Source: Paraphysomonas bandaiensis (taxonomy: Eukaryota; Protista; Chrysophyceae). Taken from it: a stretch of DNA of 64,000 nt. Location of the stretch: the NCBI GenBank assembly GCA_965644295.1, contig CBFFRP010000238.1:186001-250000 (forward strand), in the 5' to 3' direction. The position numbers were made by a program, and so were the translations under genes. The stretch's first letter is position 1. Each line of letters starts with the position of its first letter. Under the pieces are notes generated by a model, which saw only the letters and a program-made list of their open reading frames with translations, was not told the origin of the DNA and did no database searches. Positions 28,101 through 41,880 of the stretch are shown in pieces.

Positions 28101-31100
28101 ACGACATGACCAGTGCATTATTGACGTACCTTCTCTGGCCTTTTCCTGAGCATTAAGTGCACTAACTCTTGCTTCCAATTCACGCCTGAGTGCATACAAG
28201 TGGTCCTCTCGAAGCCCTTCTAGCTCATTCTGTACAGCAATATAGTCACTTTGAGGAACACAATTATCTAATTCACTTTGCAAGCGAGTTAATTTCGGTC
28301 CAGCCATACTCTTGTATTGCTCCAGAAAGAGTACGCGACGCTTCAGTACCCCCTCCATTTCTACAAAATCACTCTCCAACCTCTTCCGGATAGTTTGTTC
28401 CTCAGTCATTTGCTCAGACATAGCCAGGAACTTTCGGGACAACACTGCTTCATTGACTTCATACACCGTTACTTTCCTTGAATATTCCTTAATTTTCTCC
28501 TCCAATCGTCTCATAGTTGTCGCTTCGTCACCCTTATCTTCGCGGTCCAGCAGGTCAACTGTTTCCTCTGCTCTCTTCAGCTTAAGTGACAAGTCATCTC
28601 GCTCGGAAATTAAAGAAGAAGTTTCCTTTTTCATTGCCTGGTTGAGATACAGATTGAAATGCATGTGCACCAGAATTGAGCATAAGCTCACCTTTTCCCT
28701 TTCTTCCCATTCATTGGCTCTCTGAGCATATTCGAAATACATAGCTGCCATTTGTTGTTTCACTTCAACTAGGTAGTCCTCTAGATTGTCGATTACAACT
28801 GTACATGTCGTTACATATGAATAAAAAGATACAAACCTAATACCTTTTTGCTGTTGCAATTCTTCCTCTTTTTCATAAAGTTGCTCAAGGCTATAGTCAC
28901 AGGAGTAAGTGTTTTATAATACTTGCAACGTGCGTCCTACCACTCAATTAGTTGCCCATTGAGCTCTTTCAACTCATCTGCCCATTCTTCTGGTGGAAGG
29001 TTCATATTGGCCAAGGTCCTTGTCAGCAGGGTTTTTCCGTGCGGCGTCGCGGGTGTCTGTAGCCCTTGTCCGTATACCCCAGAGGCATAGCCCGTTCTGG
29101 ACGTCATTTGGGGCTGAAAGTTTCCCCCAGGAGTGAACAACGCTGTCAAGTTATTGAAGTCGGATGTATGGTCTCCTGGTGGGGTATGAGCTGCCTGCCC
29201 TGTAGGAGGTCTACGCGGAGTGGAGTGGGGTGGGGCACCTTCAGAGGTAGGCGCAGTCTTCTTTCCGCCAGTCGGCGGCCTCGAACCTTTGAACACATTC
29301 CTCCCACCACCTAACAAAACATGAAATATCACAGGATGCTATTCGTATTAACACAATGTTATGATTTCTATTTTCCAGACGTAGAGTTGACGAGACCTAC
29401 CAGTTGAGTTTCCACCGTGAGAGCTTTCGTCCGCACTCCTTGGACTCTTATCATCTTGAGATGGTTCAGTGTCGCGTACACCAGATACCGATCCTCCAGC
29501 TGAATATCGTATTTCCTGCGACTTGTCAAATACAACCTACCAAGCAGAACAGTTCAGCACCTGAAGTTCCTTCATCAGTGATTCGTTACTCGCCAATAGC
29601 ATGGCAGTAATGCCATCAGTAGTTCCGTCCGTTTTTCCAATTTGTTGTTTGAGCAGCATTGTGATCTCATTCTGGCAATATATTTTTGGATTATTTACAT
29701 GCAGGCTCTGGGTTAGCAACATACTTGCATATGAGCGAGATTATGCTGTAGTCCATCATTTACTCTCAGTAAATTGTGAACATCTTCCCTTAGACCTATA
29801 GACACAGATATTAATGTCATATATTGCCAGCTTGAAGTACTACTTAGGCATGTACACAACAAATATACACAATAATACCAACCGAATATTTCCTGTTCCG
29901 CACGCTTGTTGCCAGCACTACTTGCCATGACTTCAGCTAACTGCTGTTGTAGCTCTCCACTTGTACCACCACGCAACTCATTCTCATACCTTGGTGTACA
30001 CCAACGTCATTCATGATAAAACTAACACTACGATACCTTTCCACTGTTAGCTTTAACACTTTGCATTCATGTCGCAAATCTCTGGATCCACACATTAGAT
30101 TGAAGCAACCTCAACAATATACTGCTCTCACACCTGTTCTCATCCAGCAGTTCCTTGGAGCGGTCATCCAACGGTAGCTCAATCTTTCCATCTCTTAGAG
30201 ATGCTGCGAATTCATTTACCTAACAGTCAACATGCAATATAAGAAGCGCAACATAACGAGTGTTTCCAACCAAAAATCAACACATACAACGTCGCAGGAT
30301 GGTGAATAACCAGTAGAAGCAACTGTACCTTCAAAATCATATCCGGTGACATTCCTGCGTACTTGAAACCTTCTTCTCCCACTGCACCAATCTGTATATC
30401 ATCCGTTAAACTTAAACGTGACCTATACATAGCATCACAGCAGTACCTGGTTCTTCAATGCTTTTCGAAGACGAATACAGTCTGCTTCGAGGTGATCGAT
30501 CTGCTCTTCCATTTCCGAAACCTGGCACAAAAATCAACAAAACGAAAAACATGGTGACATAACACAAAGAGGATTAGTAGACTGCTATACCTGCAGACGC
30601 AACTTCCCATTTTCACTCTTCATTTCTTGCTTCAGCTCTAGCTCAGGGTACTCAAAATCCGGATCGCGTCCTACACAAAAATCACGCACGGCATGTCAAT
30701 ATCTATCTACACTGGACCCACCTGCTTCTTCTTTGAGCTTCTGAAATGCTTGCTCGACCAACGCCTTAGCCTCAACAGTCTCACTTAACTGAACCGACAT
30801 GTTTTCCAGCGTCATTCCAAGTCTCCTCTGATCCTCTTTCATGCGCTTCTGGTGCTTTGCAAGCTCCTGCAACCCGTGACCATTCTCGTAGACGACCTTC
30901 CAATGAGAAAGAGCGTCATTCTCTTTTGTAAGCTGAGCGACAACGTTGTCGGCGTCTTGACGCAGGGCCTCTTCATCCGCCAGTCGCGTCATCAATGATT
31001 CCACCTACACCAGCATGCTATGTTTCAAGGGTCTAGGATTAAAGCGCACGGAAAATATACCTTTTTTTGTAGTATACGAACCGCTTCTTTTTCGTTCGAT

Positions 31101-32400
31101 ATTCTATCAGCAAATCTTTCCTCCATACTAATATACACGCCAATTAGTCTACAGGGCAACTTAATTCAAGCATTGTGTAACTAACTTTTCGTCATATGAA
31201 CGCAACCGCTCCGCTAGCTGCTTGTTCTCGGAATACAGTGCTTCCAGTTTACCACGCATACTGTCCACGAGGGAGTTGCTGTCCTTCACCTTCTGCTCAC
31301 GCCCATGACATTAATGCCATGTAATGTGCAATTAGAACAACGCTATAACACTTCACCTTCTTGAGTATATCCACTTCTCTTTGTTTCTCCCCGACAAGAG
31401 TAGAGTTCTTTAGGTCATCGTTCTACAAAATCCAAACATAATACCCTTTTTCTCACCATGTATTGCATCAAATGTATTAGATATTCATCAACGTAACCCA
31501 CACTATAATTATTAACTAGAAGCTACCCTTACCTCTTTCTGGAGTGCATCAACTGTCTTTGTAAGCCATTCCATGTCTTCCATAAGTTTGTCATTTTCCG
31601 CCTCAAACTTGCTGTACAGCTCGCCGACTTCCTCTTTTTGCTTACTCTCAGCTTCAAGAGCTGTCTGTAGTTTGTCTTGTGCATCTTCAACGTCTCGTTC
31701 AAGCTCAAGAATCCGTCGCTGTTGGTCCTCCTTAGCTGCACACGTAGTCGGACAGTGTAGTTCGGAGACTATCATCACTTACCTAGGTCGCTGCTTTCTC
31801 TTTCCAGCTCAAGGGCATCTTTGTCGTCCGCGAGTTTGGTTATGAGGGCATCTCGAATTTTCTTATCCTCCTCAAGGGATTTAATCTCCTTCTGTAGATC
31901 TTTGTTCTGAAGACATAGTGCTTATCACGTATTTTCACCAAAAAACAGTCACAGATACAATACAACTCACTGACCAGTGCTTGAAGGTGTTCGTTTTCCT
32001 GAAGCAACTGCAGTCTTTCCCGCTGAGAGTCTCTTTTACTCTTAGTTATGTCTTGGCTTTTACGAAAAGTAGCTTGCATAGACTCCTCTTTCTCAGAGAG
32101 TGCCGTTTCAAGATCATCAACTTTCTTTCGAAGGCTCCGCACATCAGCCTCCGCCTCCAATTTCTCAGTCTGATAAATTTTCACGCTTGATGACAGCTCC
32201 GCATTCTGTTCCTTTAATTGCTTAACTTCCAAGTGCGCTTTCGTTAGCTTTTCCCGCAGTTCTTCAGTATCTTCCTGTTGTGCTCCGTTGGTTCGAAGCT
32301 GGTCTTTCAATTCAATATTTTCAGCCTCCAACTTCTCTAATCGTTCTAATGTTTCAAGAAGCTCCTGATTGATAAAGTCATCGTCTTCGTGATCACTCAT
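22104..32400 (-). CDS. CEP290: Centrosomal/ciliary transition-zone coiled-coil protein CEP290 homolog, many exons
   Basis: About 10 kb of coiled-coil exons. The C-terminal ELSAFDLDFFEEIENLKY matches the CEP290 C-terminal motif, and YENGHGLQE and DDLIIGRLQRQL also fit. Start MSDHEDDDF at 32400. Confidence 0.85.
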
Positions 32401-32930
32401 TGGATGCGATCAACTAGCTCTATGAATTCACGGCAATATATCGGGTTCCAGGGCTGCAAGAGATAATTTTATTTCTTTTTTATCACAGCAGAAAGCTAAC
32501 ACATCACTGCACAACGTAGCTACGCCAGTACCTTGCGTAGGCTAGTACCACATATAGATTGCAATGTAATAGATCGATTTAAGTCTAAATTGCATTGTGA
32601 TTTCTGGTACCTACACTACAGAAGTAGTTTTGCAGTGAGAATTTTGAATAAAATCCATTCAAAAATTCAAAAAAAAGACGCCGAACTAAATATTCCACTT
32701 TTTATTGATATCTCCATGAACAACATTCATCGTAACATCACTGTGGCTGGTATATCTATGTTTGCACAATTAATTTGGAATTCTCAATATGAGTGGAAGA
32801 AGATACTCTGTTTACAAAGAAACACTATTCATGAACCTTATGTTGTACTAGAGAATTTCTACTTTGTTTTCGTGTAAAATTGTATAGTCTGAGAGAGTGT
32901 TGGTGATATTTTAGTCTAGGTCTGCACGGT

Positions 32931-35212
32931 ATGGGAGAAATGTGGGAAAATTTTATTGCTGTACTGGCTCTAGGGACATTATCAGTAATATATATGTTCA
33001 TTCTGGCATCGCCATCCCAACAACGCATCTCCTTTCAGCAACGGCGATTTGTAATACCAAGGTACTTACCTACAGTTCTGCATACCGTGTAATTGTGTGG
33101 AAATTTTAGTGATTCTAAAGCTGATTTTGAACTATTTTTGCATGGAGACACTGATAATGCCATCAATGAGGCAAATTCTATAAGTGGCAGGGACGATTTT
33201 TTCTTAGACGAAAATCAAATATATAGAGAGAAGGAAGGTTGGGGTGCAGGAGACAATCCAATGGGTCCCATTGAGCCTGCGGAGAGGTACATATGTACCA
33301 GTGGGTGGTTGTCTTTCAGATCTGAAGCGAGTGAGTAGAAATCAATTTCTGAAAGCAGTACTCACACACACCTTTTAATAGCGTACAAATATCTCTGGAC
33401 ATATGGGGGGCAAAATAAGTGGCTCTCGGCTGGTGCCACTGCTGATACCCCGCTACATTTGAAAAGCTTTGAAGTAATTATAAACTTTTGTCCATAGGAA
33501 ATTTAAATGTTTTTTTATTGATATAGGTCATTCCTGTTGATGGCTCTTGCACCAACGGAGGATGGGTACATATTAAAAGCTTTGGATCAGATGGCTATCT
33601 GAGGTTAAATGTCCCTGATAACCTTTCAACAGGAACAGATTGGGTCGTCGAAGTATGTTAATCATTATATGTTTATAATTGTTGCGTATGTGATATAGTT
33701 CAGGTTGACAAACAAAGTTTTTCTGATGGCGATGAAAGGTACTCGTCATATTTTATTAGTATTCTATTTGTCACTTCGTATATAGCTATCATTTTCTTTT
33801 GGAGGAAGCCGGCTATGTATTGAACAAGGTAATCGAATTGTATCGTCGCCGTCGATTACTATAATAGTTTTAATAGAAAGGAATGGCATTTTTGAACGTG
33901 ATATATGATGGTGATGGGGAAGTTAGGTAATTCTATTCTTTCTGTACTATCAGGGAATGAAAATGTAGTGCAGAGGGCACACCAGTGCGTGGGACAAATC
34001 TAAGCCCGCGGGGAGAGAATATGGAGCTGTGATGACATTTCACTTTTTAAATGAAAGTGATATTATTGAATCACTTGAAAAGTCCCAGGTTGAGGACAAA
34101 ATCGCTGCCGCTCAAGATAAAAAAGAGTTAACCATAATTAATTCGCTTCCCGTGTCATCAGAGAAACGAGTAATATCATTTGGACTATATGGTTCCAATT
34201 CCAAGTATACCGTTGGTGCGATTCGAAATGCTGAGCTTGCCAAGGTAACTCAAAAATCTATCTCCTCCTGCTGAAGTAGACATTGCAGATATATTTTCCT
34301 GGATGGATCTGCCGTTACTACGTTACCAATGATGTTCCAGGAACTGTAATTGAAACTCTGAAATTCCATAATGCAGAAATTATTCCAATTCCTAATGGTA
34401 AAATTTCTCTTCAAAAAGTAAACTATTTGTGAACTTCTTACTAGGGATGGGGAAAACTGCGGGGATGTTTTATCGATTTCTGGTTGCTGCTGATAATTCA
34501 GTTGATCGTTTCATAGTTCGGGACGTGGATTCAAGATTGAATGCCCGTGATAGGTTTGTTTTGTACTCGCCTAGAATCTACAGAAAATGGTGATGGGTGC
34601 TGTAGACTTGCGGTTGAAGAATGGATCGAATCTAAACTTGCCATTCATATCATGAGGGACCACGTCAACCATTGCCTACCTATAAATGGTTTTCTTATGT
34701 TGGTTATTGTTTTCGAAATAACTCTGGCGCAGGAGGAATGTGGGGAGGTGTTATGGGTGCACTGCCGTCCATACAGGACCAAATAATGGAGTGGCATGAT
34801 AAGTACGATGTGTTGATGATTTCCACATTCCTATATGACGTCTGTATATATAGGAACCAGTACATGGCTGATCTCCAATTTCTTGAATCGCGTGTATGGC
34901 CAGATGTAGTTCATCGTCACATTGCTCACGATTCTTACTGTTGTGATCAGTATCCTAATACAAGGTTTGAGTTGTAGAATTGGTATGTCTTATTCAACAG
35001 TGTCGTGTAGGCCGTTTCCGACTCAACGACCTCCTACGTATTTACATGTTGGACAGGCAAGTGTGGAGTTGTAATTTTAGTGCGCTAATACACTGAATGT
35101 ACAGGTCTTCAATGAGAATGATATGCCGAGATTAAGTGACATTGAAGGGTACATAAGAGGTGTTCCAACACCAGTCAGTTGTAGGAAAGATGTGGAATGG
35201 ATTTTCGGGTAG
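32931..35212 (+). CDS. Type II membrane protein with a C-terminal putative glycosyltransferase-like domain, multi-exon (start uncertain, 32716-32931)
   Basis: N-terminal TM segment FIAVLALGTLSVIYMFILA. The C-terminal domain has VISFGLYG, GAIRNAELA, FPGWICRYY, RFLVAADNSVDRFIVRDVDSRLNARD, HIMRDHVNH, GGMWG and HVGQVF. Stop at 35210-35212. Confidence 0.75.
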
Positions 35213-35914
35213 ATAATAATATAAATAATTAATGGTCAGTATATTGATGTGCACCTTCTACAAGCTAAGTCCATCGATAGAGTGAGTAATCCGGATTGAT
35301 TGGGAAGAGGCCTTTACTCTAAAGTCTAAAGTGTTGGACCTTATAGAAGTTATCATGCAAACCCAATTATTGATTTATAGCTGACAGTTAATACTCAAGC
35401 TATCATGGCAAGTAAGTATTTAAAGAACGCACATATATATACCTAGTCAACAGCTCTATGGTTACAATGTACACCTATACTGAACACAATAGTACAGCAT
35501 ACATATATACATTACATAGCGATATGGAACTCCACTGAGACATCAATTGTAAAAAGAGGAGAAATCTATCATGAAAGGGGTGACTCGATTTCGAATATAC
35601 GGGACATAGAATTGGACGTTACACATAAGTTAAACTTGTTCGATATATACTGGACAAAGCCTTGATATCAATATCAGCCATCTATCTGTTATCGACTGCT
35701 CAGCTACATATTAATTATTTGTTCGGGGACCCACATGATATCCAATTATATGATACTTAAAATCGTTTCGACTTCAATCGGTCGTGTTGCACACATTTTT
35801 AAATATATCCTGAGCACTATGACTATCCCACTTCTCCTGCCACTCAGCGAGACCAAATCATTTCCTATAATTTGTTATCTACGAACACTGATATTCAGCT
35901 TGCATATAGTCGAC

Positions 35915-36220
35915 GCTCAACAAAGTCGGACTCCCACCTTTTCGTGGTGTTCTGGGTTCTGGGGGACAAGCACCGGATAGATTTCTCCGGGAAACTAACA
36001 TGAGCCGCATGTGTATAGTCAGCAGATGTTGTTTTGCCCACTCATTGCCAAATGCTTGTGTGGTACAAGGGACACTAATTAGTGTCACTTTTGTAGTAGA
36101 CGTCTTTGGGCCTTGGGAATGGGCCCACCTTAAGGGCATCCGGGGTATTGGGCTGTCTGCTGAAGTCAAGCATCCATCACCATCAACTCTAAAATCCTGA
36201 AGTCAGCAGATGTCAGGTAT
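35915..36220 (+). repeat. Dispersed modular repeat family, modules A+B
   Basis: Module A CTCAACAAAGTCGGACTC...GATTTCTCCGGGAAACTAACATGAGCCGC...GTACAAGGGACACTAATTAGTGTCAC, then module B ending AAATCCTGAAGTCAGCAGATGTCAGG. Confidence 0.85.
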
Positions 36221-36615
36221 ATGCGTAGGCTATTGGATTCTATATATGAAATGGGATTTTACTTGTAAATAAGCTATAAATTTTAATGATGTGCAAAGCA
36301 CCCAAAAATAAGGGATTTAACTATTAACTAAATCTATAGGCTACAGGCTAAGCACATATATATATAATCAATTGAAAACCAATTAATTTCTACACAAGCA
36401 AGCCGGGTAATAATCAGAACTATTACCTTGCTCGTGACAAGTAAGTTATTTAGCGATTTCACATTCCAACTCATACTACTAAATTTTATTGAAGTAGGAA
36501 CTATGAAATATAACATATTCTTGAAAAATTATTTACAGGGGTTTTAAGTATGTCCACATTCACCCTCAGAACTCAATAGAAACATAAAAAGCTGTATATT
36601 TATAGTATATTTTAC

Positions 36616-38450
36616 CTACAGAAAGCAAATAACCTCTCTCCAAATATCATAATTCGATAAAAAAAGAGAAGCGTATAGATCCTGTATCGCCGAATACTTC
36701 TTATGCTCAATATCCCAATCTGTATTTCCACAAGATAGCGATGTGGATGAATACGCCATGCCTTGATGCATGGAAATATCTGGGGTTATGCTACCTTGCT
36801 GTCGGTAAACAGATTGGATCCCTGCGTTGAAGTCAGAGTCACTTTTCTCAGGGATTCTACTATTAACATCGCACATATCATTCAAAGACCCACAACTCGG
36901 TGAGAGCGATAAAGAATTCACGAGGCCCGGTAATGCTCCGTACCGCATCATCTCATTTCTGGGTATTGATATCAATACAGCAGCCCTTCGAGATTGCCAA
37001 TTTAGTTCCCGTAATTTTTCGGGGTCCAACTCAGGACGAGCCAAAAGCATTTCTCGTACAAGTGAATTGAGGTTACGCGTTGCACATATCGAGAGTGGAG
37101 TATCTCCCTTACCTGAAATATAAATCAAAATTGGTGTCAAATAAATACTTATCATACTTTCTGATATGGGTATTGTCACAGAAGCGGGATAAAGTCGCGA
37201 CAGATAGCGCACAATTGAGAGATTTGGCCTTGACGCGTCAACTGCAACATGAAGAGGAAGTCGTCCTTGAGGTCCTCTCTCCATAACACTCCCCGGATAC
37301 ACGTTCACTAGAAGCTGGACTACATCTATCGACGTGTGTTCTCCATGATCGACGGCGATGGCTAAGGGCAAGCGTGACGAAGTGTCACGAGTGTAAGCGG
37401 CATCAGCAAAAGCATCTAGCAAACATTCTACCACCTCCAAGCATGGTCGATCCCTATCCACGGCGTAATGCAACGGAAGACGTCCATAGACATCAACCCT
37501 TTGTGCTCCTAGCTTATATGTTTCGAGTAAAAAACGCACAACATCAACATCTGGCTGATCATAAAACACAGCGTAGTGAATGGGCAAACGACCAACCCCA
37601 CGGCGCATGCTTGCAGCATCGGGAAAAGCATTTATAACTAGTTTAACAACTTCAATACATGGGCTATTTCGATCCACTGCGATATGAAGGGGCAATCTTC
37701 CACCACCTAATAATAGCATGGTATTAAGCCAAATCTCTTCCAATACGACGCATACCATCGCGAGATTTGCAAGCATCCGGATAGGCTGCGATAAGAGTTT
37801 CCACAAGTCGTATCCAGGGTTTATGTTTGTCAACCGCAACGTGCAGTGCCATTCGCCCAGCAGTGTCTTCGACAGCTGCAGCAGCAGGTTGCGAGTCAAG
37901 TAGTACTTTTAGAGAATCTCCGCACAGTCCATAGATAGTAACCTGCACGAAATGAGTCTACAGATATGGAATCAAATATCGACGTCGAACATACCAACTC
38001 GTGAACAAGCTTTCCAACAGATTTAGTATTCCTATCACACACGGACTGAGTTTCATCAACATTAGCATTATCTGTGTCTTGGTCAAGTTGAACAAGCTGC
38101 TCCAATGCATTGAGACAGTCGAACACATGTCCCACTAATTTCGTCTTTTGTTCATTATGAGACGCTAACCATGATTTTGTGGGGTCATTAACAGAAGTGT
38201 CTTCAATGCCAATTTTTTTCAAAAATTCTTGGGTTCGAAAGGGTAATTCATTTTCTTTTTCTACTGTGAATTTTGAGTTGCGAGAAAAAGAACGCTTTCG
38301 AGATATCTGAGTTCCACTTTTTTCCTGAATACCGTTTAATACTTCACGAGTCAAAAACCTTTCGTTGCCATTCCAAATTGCGCTGTCATCAGCAAGAAAT
38401 TCCATTGATGCGCCTTTATGCTGCATGAGTGCAGCACCTGATGCTCCCAT
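36616..38450 (-). CDS. Ankyrin-repeat protein, multi-exon
   Basis: Repeated GRLPLHxAVD units in ORFs 36616-37899 and 37724-37948. Probable start MGASGAA at 38450. C-terminus DIWREVICFL*. Confidence 0.85.
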
Positions 38451-38855
38451 CAAGATGTGTGATAAATACAATCACATGAAATGAAAATTTTAATGATCGC
38501 TTGAAAAAGTACAAGCACAAGTATACTAACAGGAAGACAGAGGAGGGGGATGACAAATATTAAAGAGCTTCCCGAATCGATTCGATTTTGATGTAATATA
38601 CCTCACTCTCATCATAAACGGGAATGATTGATATATCCCTGTATACTCGACAACATACCAGTATACTGACATCTGATTCGCTCATATGCATGAAATACAT
38701 GGAATACGGGAGTAGAATACTGGCAGGCAGAGTGTGGAATTCATCAGCAACACCGAACACGCATATTATTACGATTAGTTTAGTCAGAGTCACAATTGCA
38801 CTCACCTCAAGTTCATTTGGAAAAATAAGTCAGCGACTTAATATCAGTCTCTAAA

Positions 38856-40478
38856 ATGGATTCACTATTAATTGCTTCAGATGAGAATGTGAAGCAAATT
38901 CCGAACATGGAGCTCTGTCAAATGGAATACCGTTATGATGTCAGCATTCGGGATGGAAATACTGAGAGGTCGGAAGAGCTCAAAGCAACCATCATGGATA
39001 TTATTACCAAAGATAACATGGCACCACACTATAACTATTTGTGTACTAAATTTGGTTGGGCTGTTGAGGAAGAGAAACTGTCGACCATGAGGTAATGAAA
39101 AAGTGAATTTGGATTAAATTAATTTATGTTGCATGATAAGTTCGACAAACACAGAAGCGTTAGAAAAAATTGAAAAGGACCGAATCGATGCTTTAGAAAA
39201 TGCCGGCGACACTGAGGTATATGTATATATATTTACCAGAGTGATATATTTGAGGAGTGTGTAGGTGTTGGACTGCCTTTTCGCCAAGGCACGTTTGTAC
39301 GCGACAATAGGAGATTGTGATGAAGCGTATAAAGCTTACGACAGTATCATTGAAAAGAAAAAAGTCAGCAGTGGAAAGAAAATTGACGCCACGCTTGAAA
39401 AAATACGAGTTGCGTTTTTTGCGATGGTATATACAGTATTTCCTTCCTTGGAATCGTACTTATCATTTCCAGGATAAGTCAAAGATTAAGTCACTCCTTG
39501 AGGATGCCGTGAAGTTGGTCGACGCCGGAGGTGATTGGGACCGTCGCAATCGTCTCAAAGTCTACGAAGCCTACTATCTAATTGCCTGCAGGGAAATTCG
39601 TAAGGCAGCTGCCATACTCTTGGAGTGCGTGGCGACTTTCTCGTGTGTGGAGCTGTGCTCGTATAACGAGTTTATGTTCCTTACTATTGTAACAAGTATA
39701 ATCACTCTTCCCCGAGCTGAGCTACGTACAAAGGTTCATCAACCTTATGATTTCGATATCCTCATTACTATCCTGTACTGTTGTAGGTCGTGAAGAATCC
39801 CCAGGTTATATCAACAATGCGTGAGTTCCCCCATCTCGAGAGGGTTTTGATGAGCATATACAACTGCGAGTACAGTAATTTTTTCCGTTCGGTGTGTCTT
39901 ACATACCTGCATTACTCTATGTCATAGTTTTATTTCTGCCATTCGCTATCTGCATACACTAACTCCTTTACTGCTATTCTACCTAGATTATTGAGATGTA
40001 CCCCATCATTTCGGATGACCGTTACCTTGGCCCCCATGTCACCTATCTTGTGCGTGAGTATAGAGTCACTGCTTACTCTCAGTTCCTAGATGCATACCGC
40101 AGGTATCGTATTTGTCATGTTCGTACCTCTTTTGCGTGGATCATGTGCTCGTTCGACTGAGGCACACGTATATATATGGTCTGTGCCTTTGTGCTATGAT
40201 ACGGGTGCTATTGTGTGTATATTTGCAAGTACTAACTGGTGTATAGTGTGATGCTATCATCCATGGCACTATCTTTTGGTATCGATATTGCTCTGTTGGA
40301 TAGAGAGCTCTCGCGGTTCATTGCTGCTGGCAGGCTGAATGCCAAGATCGATAAGGTGGGAGACATTATCGAGACAAGTCGGCCGGACAAAAAGAATGGC
40401 CAGTATCAAGAGGTTATAAAGAAGGGAGATTTGTTGCTAAATCAAATCCAAAAGCTTGCAAGAGTAATTCAGATGTAG
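38856..40478 (+). CDS. RPN7: 26S proteasome lid subunit RPN7/PSMD6, multi-exon
   Basis: [39 protein letters not shown] and [18 protein letters not shown]. Confidence 0.95.
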
Positions 40479-40839
40479 ATTTGCACAGCGGTGGTTTCAA
40501 GTTCGGCGTTGCTGTAGAATTTTCAGTAACCTGAAATGCGCTTACGAATGCTATGGATTTGGGATGTGTACAATTAACAAAAGGGTTTTCAATATATTGA
40601 GCAAATCACACTTCAATGCTACTAGAATTCCCTCGTCCCACAGTACGCAAATTATTTTGACGATTAAGCTTAAATAGTACGTTCAAATCATACAACATGT
40701 TGTAGTTCTACTTGTTAGAAAATGACATAGCTGAACAATACTACTACGCTTAGATTATAAGTTAGAAATATATAGTAACATGTAATAATCTAATGATCAA
40801 TATCACTTGTCAATCGCCAAATTCATGTCATCTCAACTA

Positions 40840-41030
40840 CCAATATTTTCCATACAATCTTAGATATCACGATCTTATACGGTCAATATATTTCAGTTTC
40901 ACTACTACGATTGCTATTATGCTATTATGACTTAAGCTATCATAATACAGTTAACCACTTCTGTATTCTTCCATTAACAGTCATAAGTCAAATATCTTTG
41001 AACTACAGCTTTTGATTGCTCTCCAACAGT
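40840..41030 (-). repeat. AT-rich dispersed repeat, inverted homolog of 49200-49390
   Basis: The reverse complement GAGAGCAATCAAAAGCTGTAGTT...GTGGTTAACTGTATTATGA...GAAATATA-TTGACC matches 49202-49345. Confidence 0.6.
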
Positions 41031-41059
41031 TTTACACCACACATAACTATATATAATAT

Positions 41060-41880
41060 ATGCGGGTCATGTTAGTCTCTCTTCGTTGACAGAAATCTCT
41101 CCGGTACTTATCCCCCAGAACATGACGAAAAAGTGCAAGTCCGACTTTGTTGAGGGAGTATATATATATGGTATTTTGGCTAAAACCCTAGAATGCGCGG
41201 GGTTTCTCATAATTATGTATCAAGTCAGACTCGCACCTTTTCGTGGTGTTCTGGGGGATAAGTACCGGAGAGATTTCTCCGGGAAACTAACATGAGAGAC
41301 ATATATATAGTCAGCAGATATTGTTCTGCACACTTTTATTGCCAAATGCTCGTGCAGTGTAGACGCTTGACAAATACAAGCATCCGGGAATGGGTGCACC
41401 TCAAGGGCATCCGGGGTTATAGGCTGTCTGCTGAAGTCAAGCATCCGGGCTGTTCACCTTAAGGACGGAGAGAAAAAGTGGTTGCACCTTCTTGGCTCTT
41501 GCGGTGACGCACAAGAAGGAGCTTTTATAGCGCCAAATAAAGAGTAGGATATCGGAGTTAAGCAGTAGTTATTTAACTTGTTTTGCTACAGGCATCCGGG
41601 AATGGGCCAACCTCAAGGGAATCCAGGGTATTGGGCTCTACCTGCTGCTGAAGTCAAGTATCCGGGATATTCACCTTAAGAACTCAAAAATTCTGAAGTC
41701 AGCAGATGCCAGGTACATCAAAATTCTGCTTGCTCACTGCGTTTGCTTTGCGTGATAGAGCGGAAGTGGTTGTAGCAAGCAGGTTTCATCAGGTTTCATC
41801 GCGTTAAATAGTAGGATATCAGAGTTAAGCACTGACTCAAAAACGCCTATTTTGTTAATAATAGTGCATTCATTCACTAC
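41060..41880. repeat. Dispersed modular repeat cluster: inverted A (41060-41158), then A-B-C-B-C on + (41221-41880)
   Basis: AGAAATCTCTCCGGTACTTATCCCCCAGAACA (41090) is the exact reverse complement of 41247-41278. Two B and two C modules follow. Confidence 0.85.

Noticed and set aside
22924-32190. Numerous + strand Ser/Leu/Phe-rich ORFs
   Set aside because: Antisense shadows of the E/K/R-rich CEP290 exons. The same applies to the antisense ORFs over the kinesin-like and PRP16 genes.
36150-36220. Hammerhead ribozyme in repeat module B (CTGAAGTC motifs)
   Set aside because: No CUGANGA core followed by a stem and GAAA on either strand in the copies inspected.
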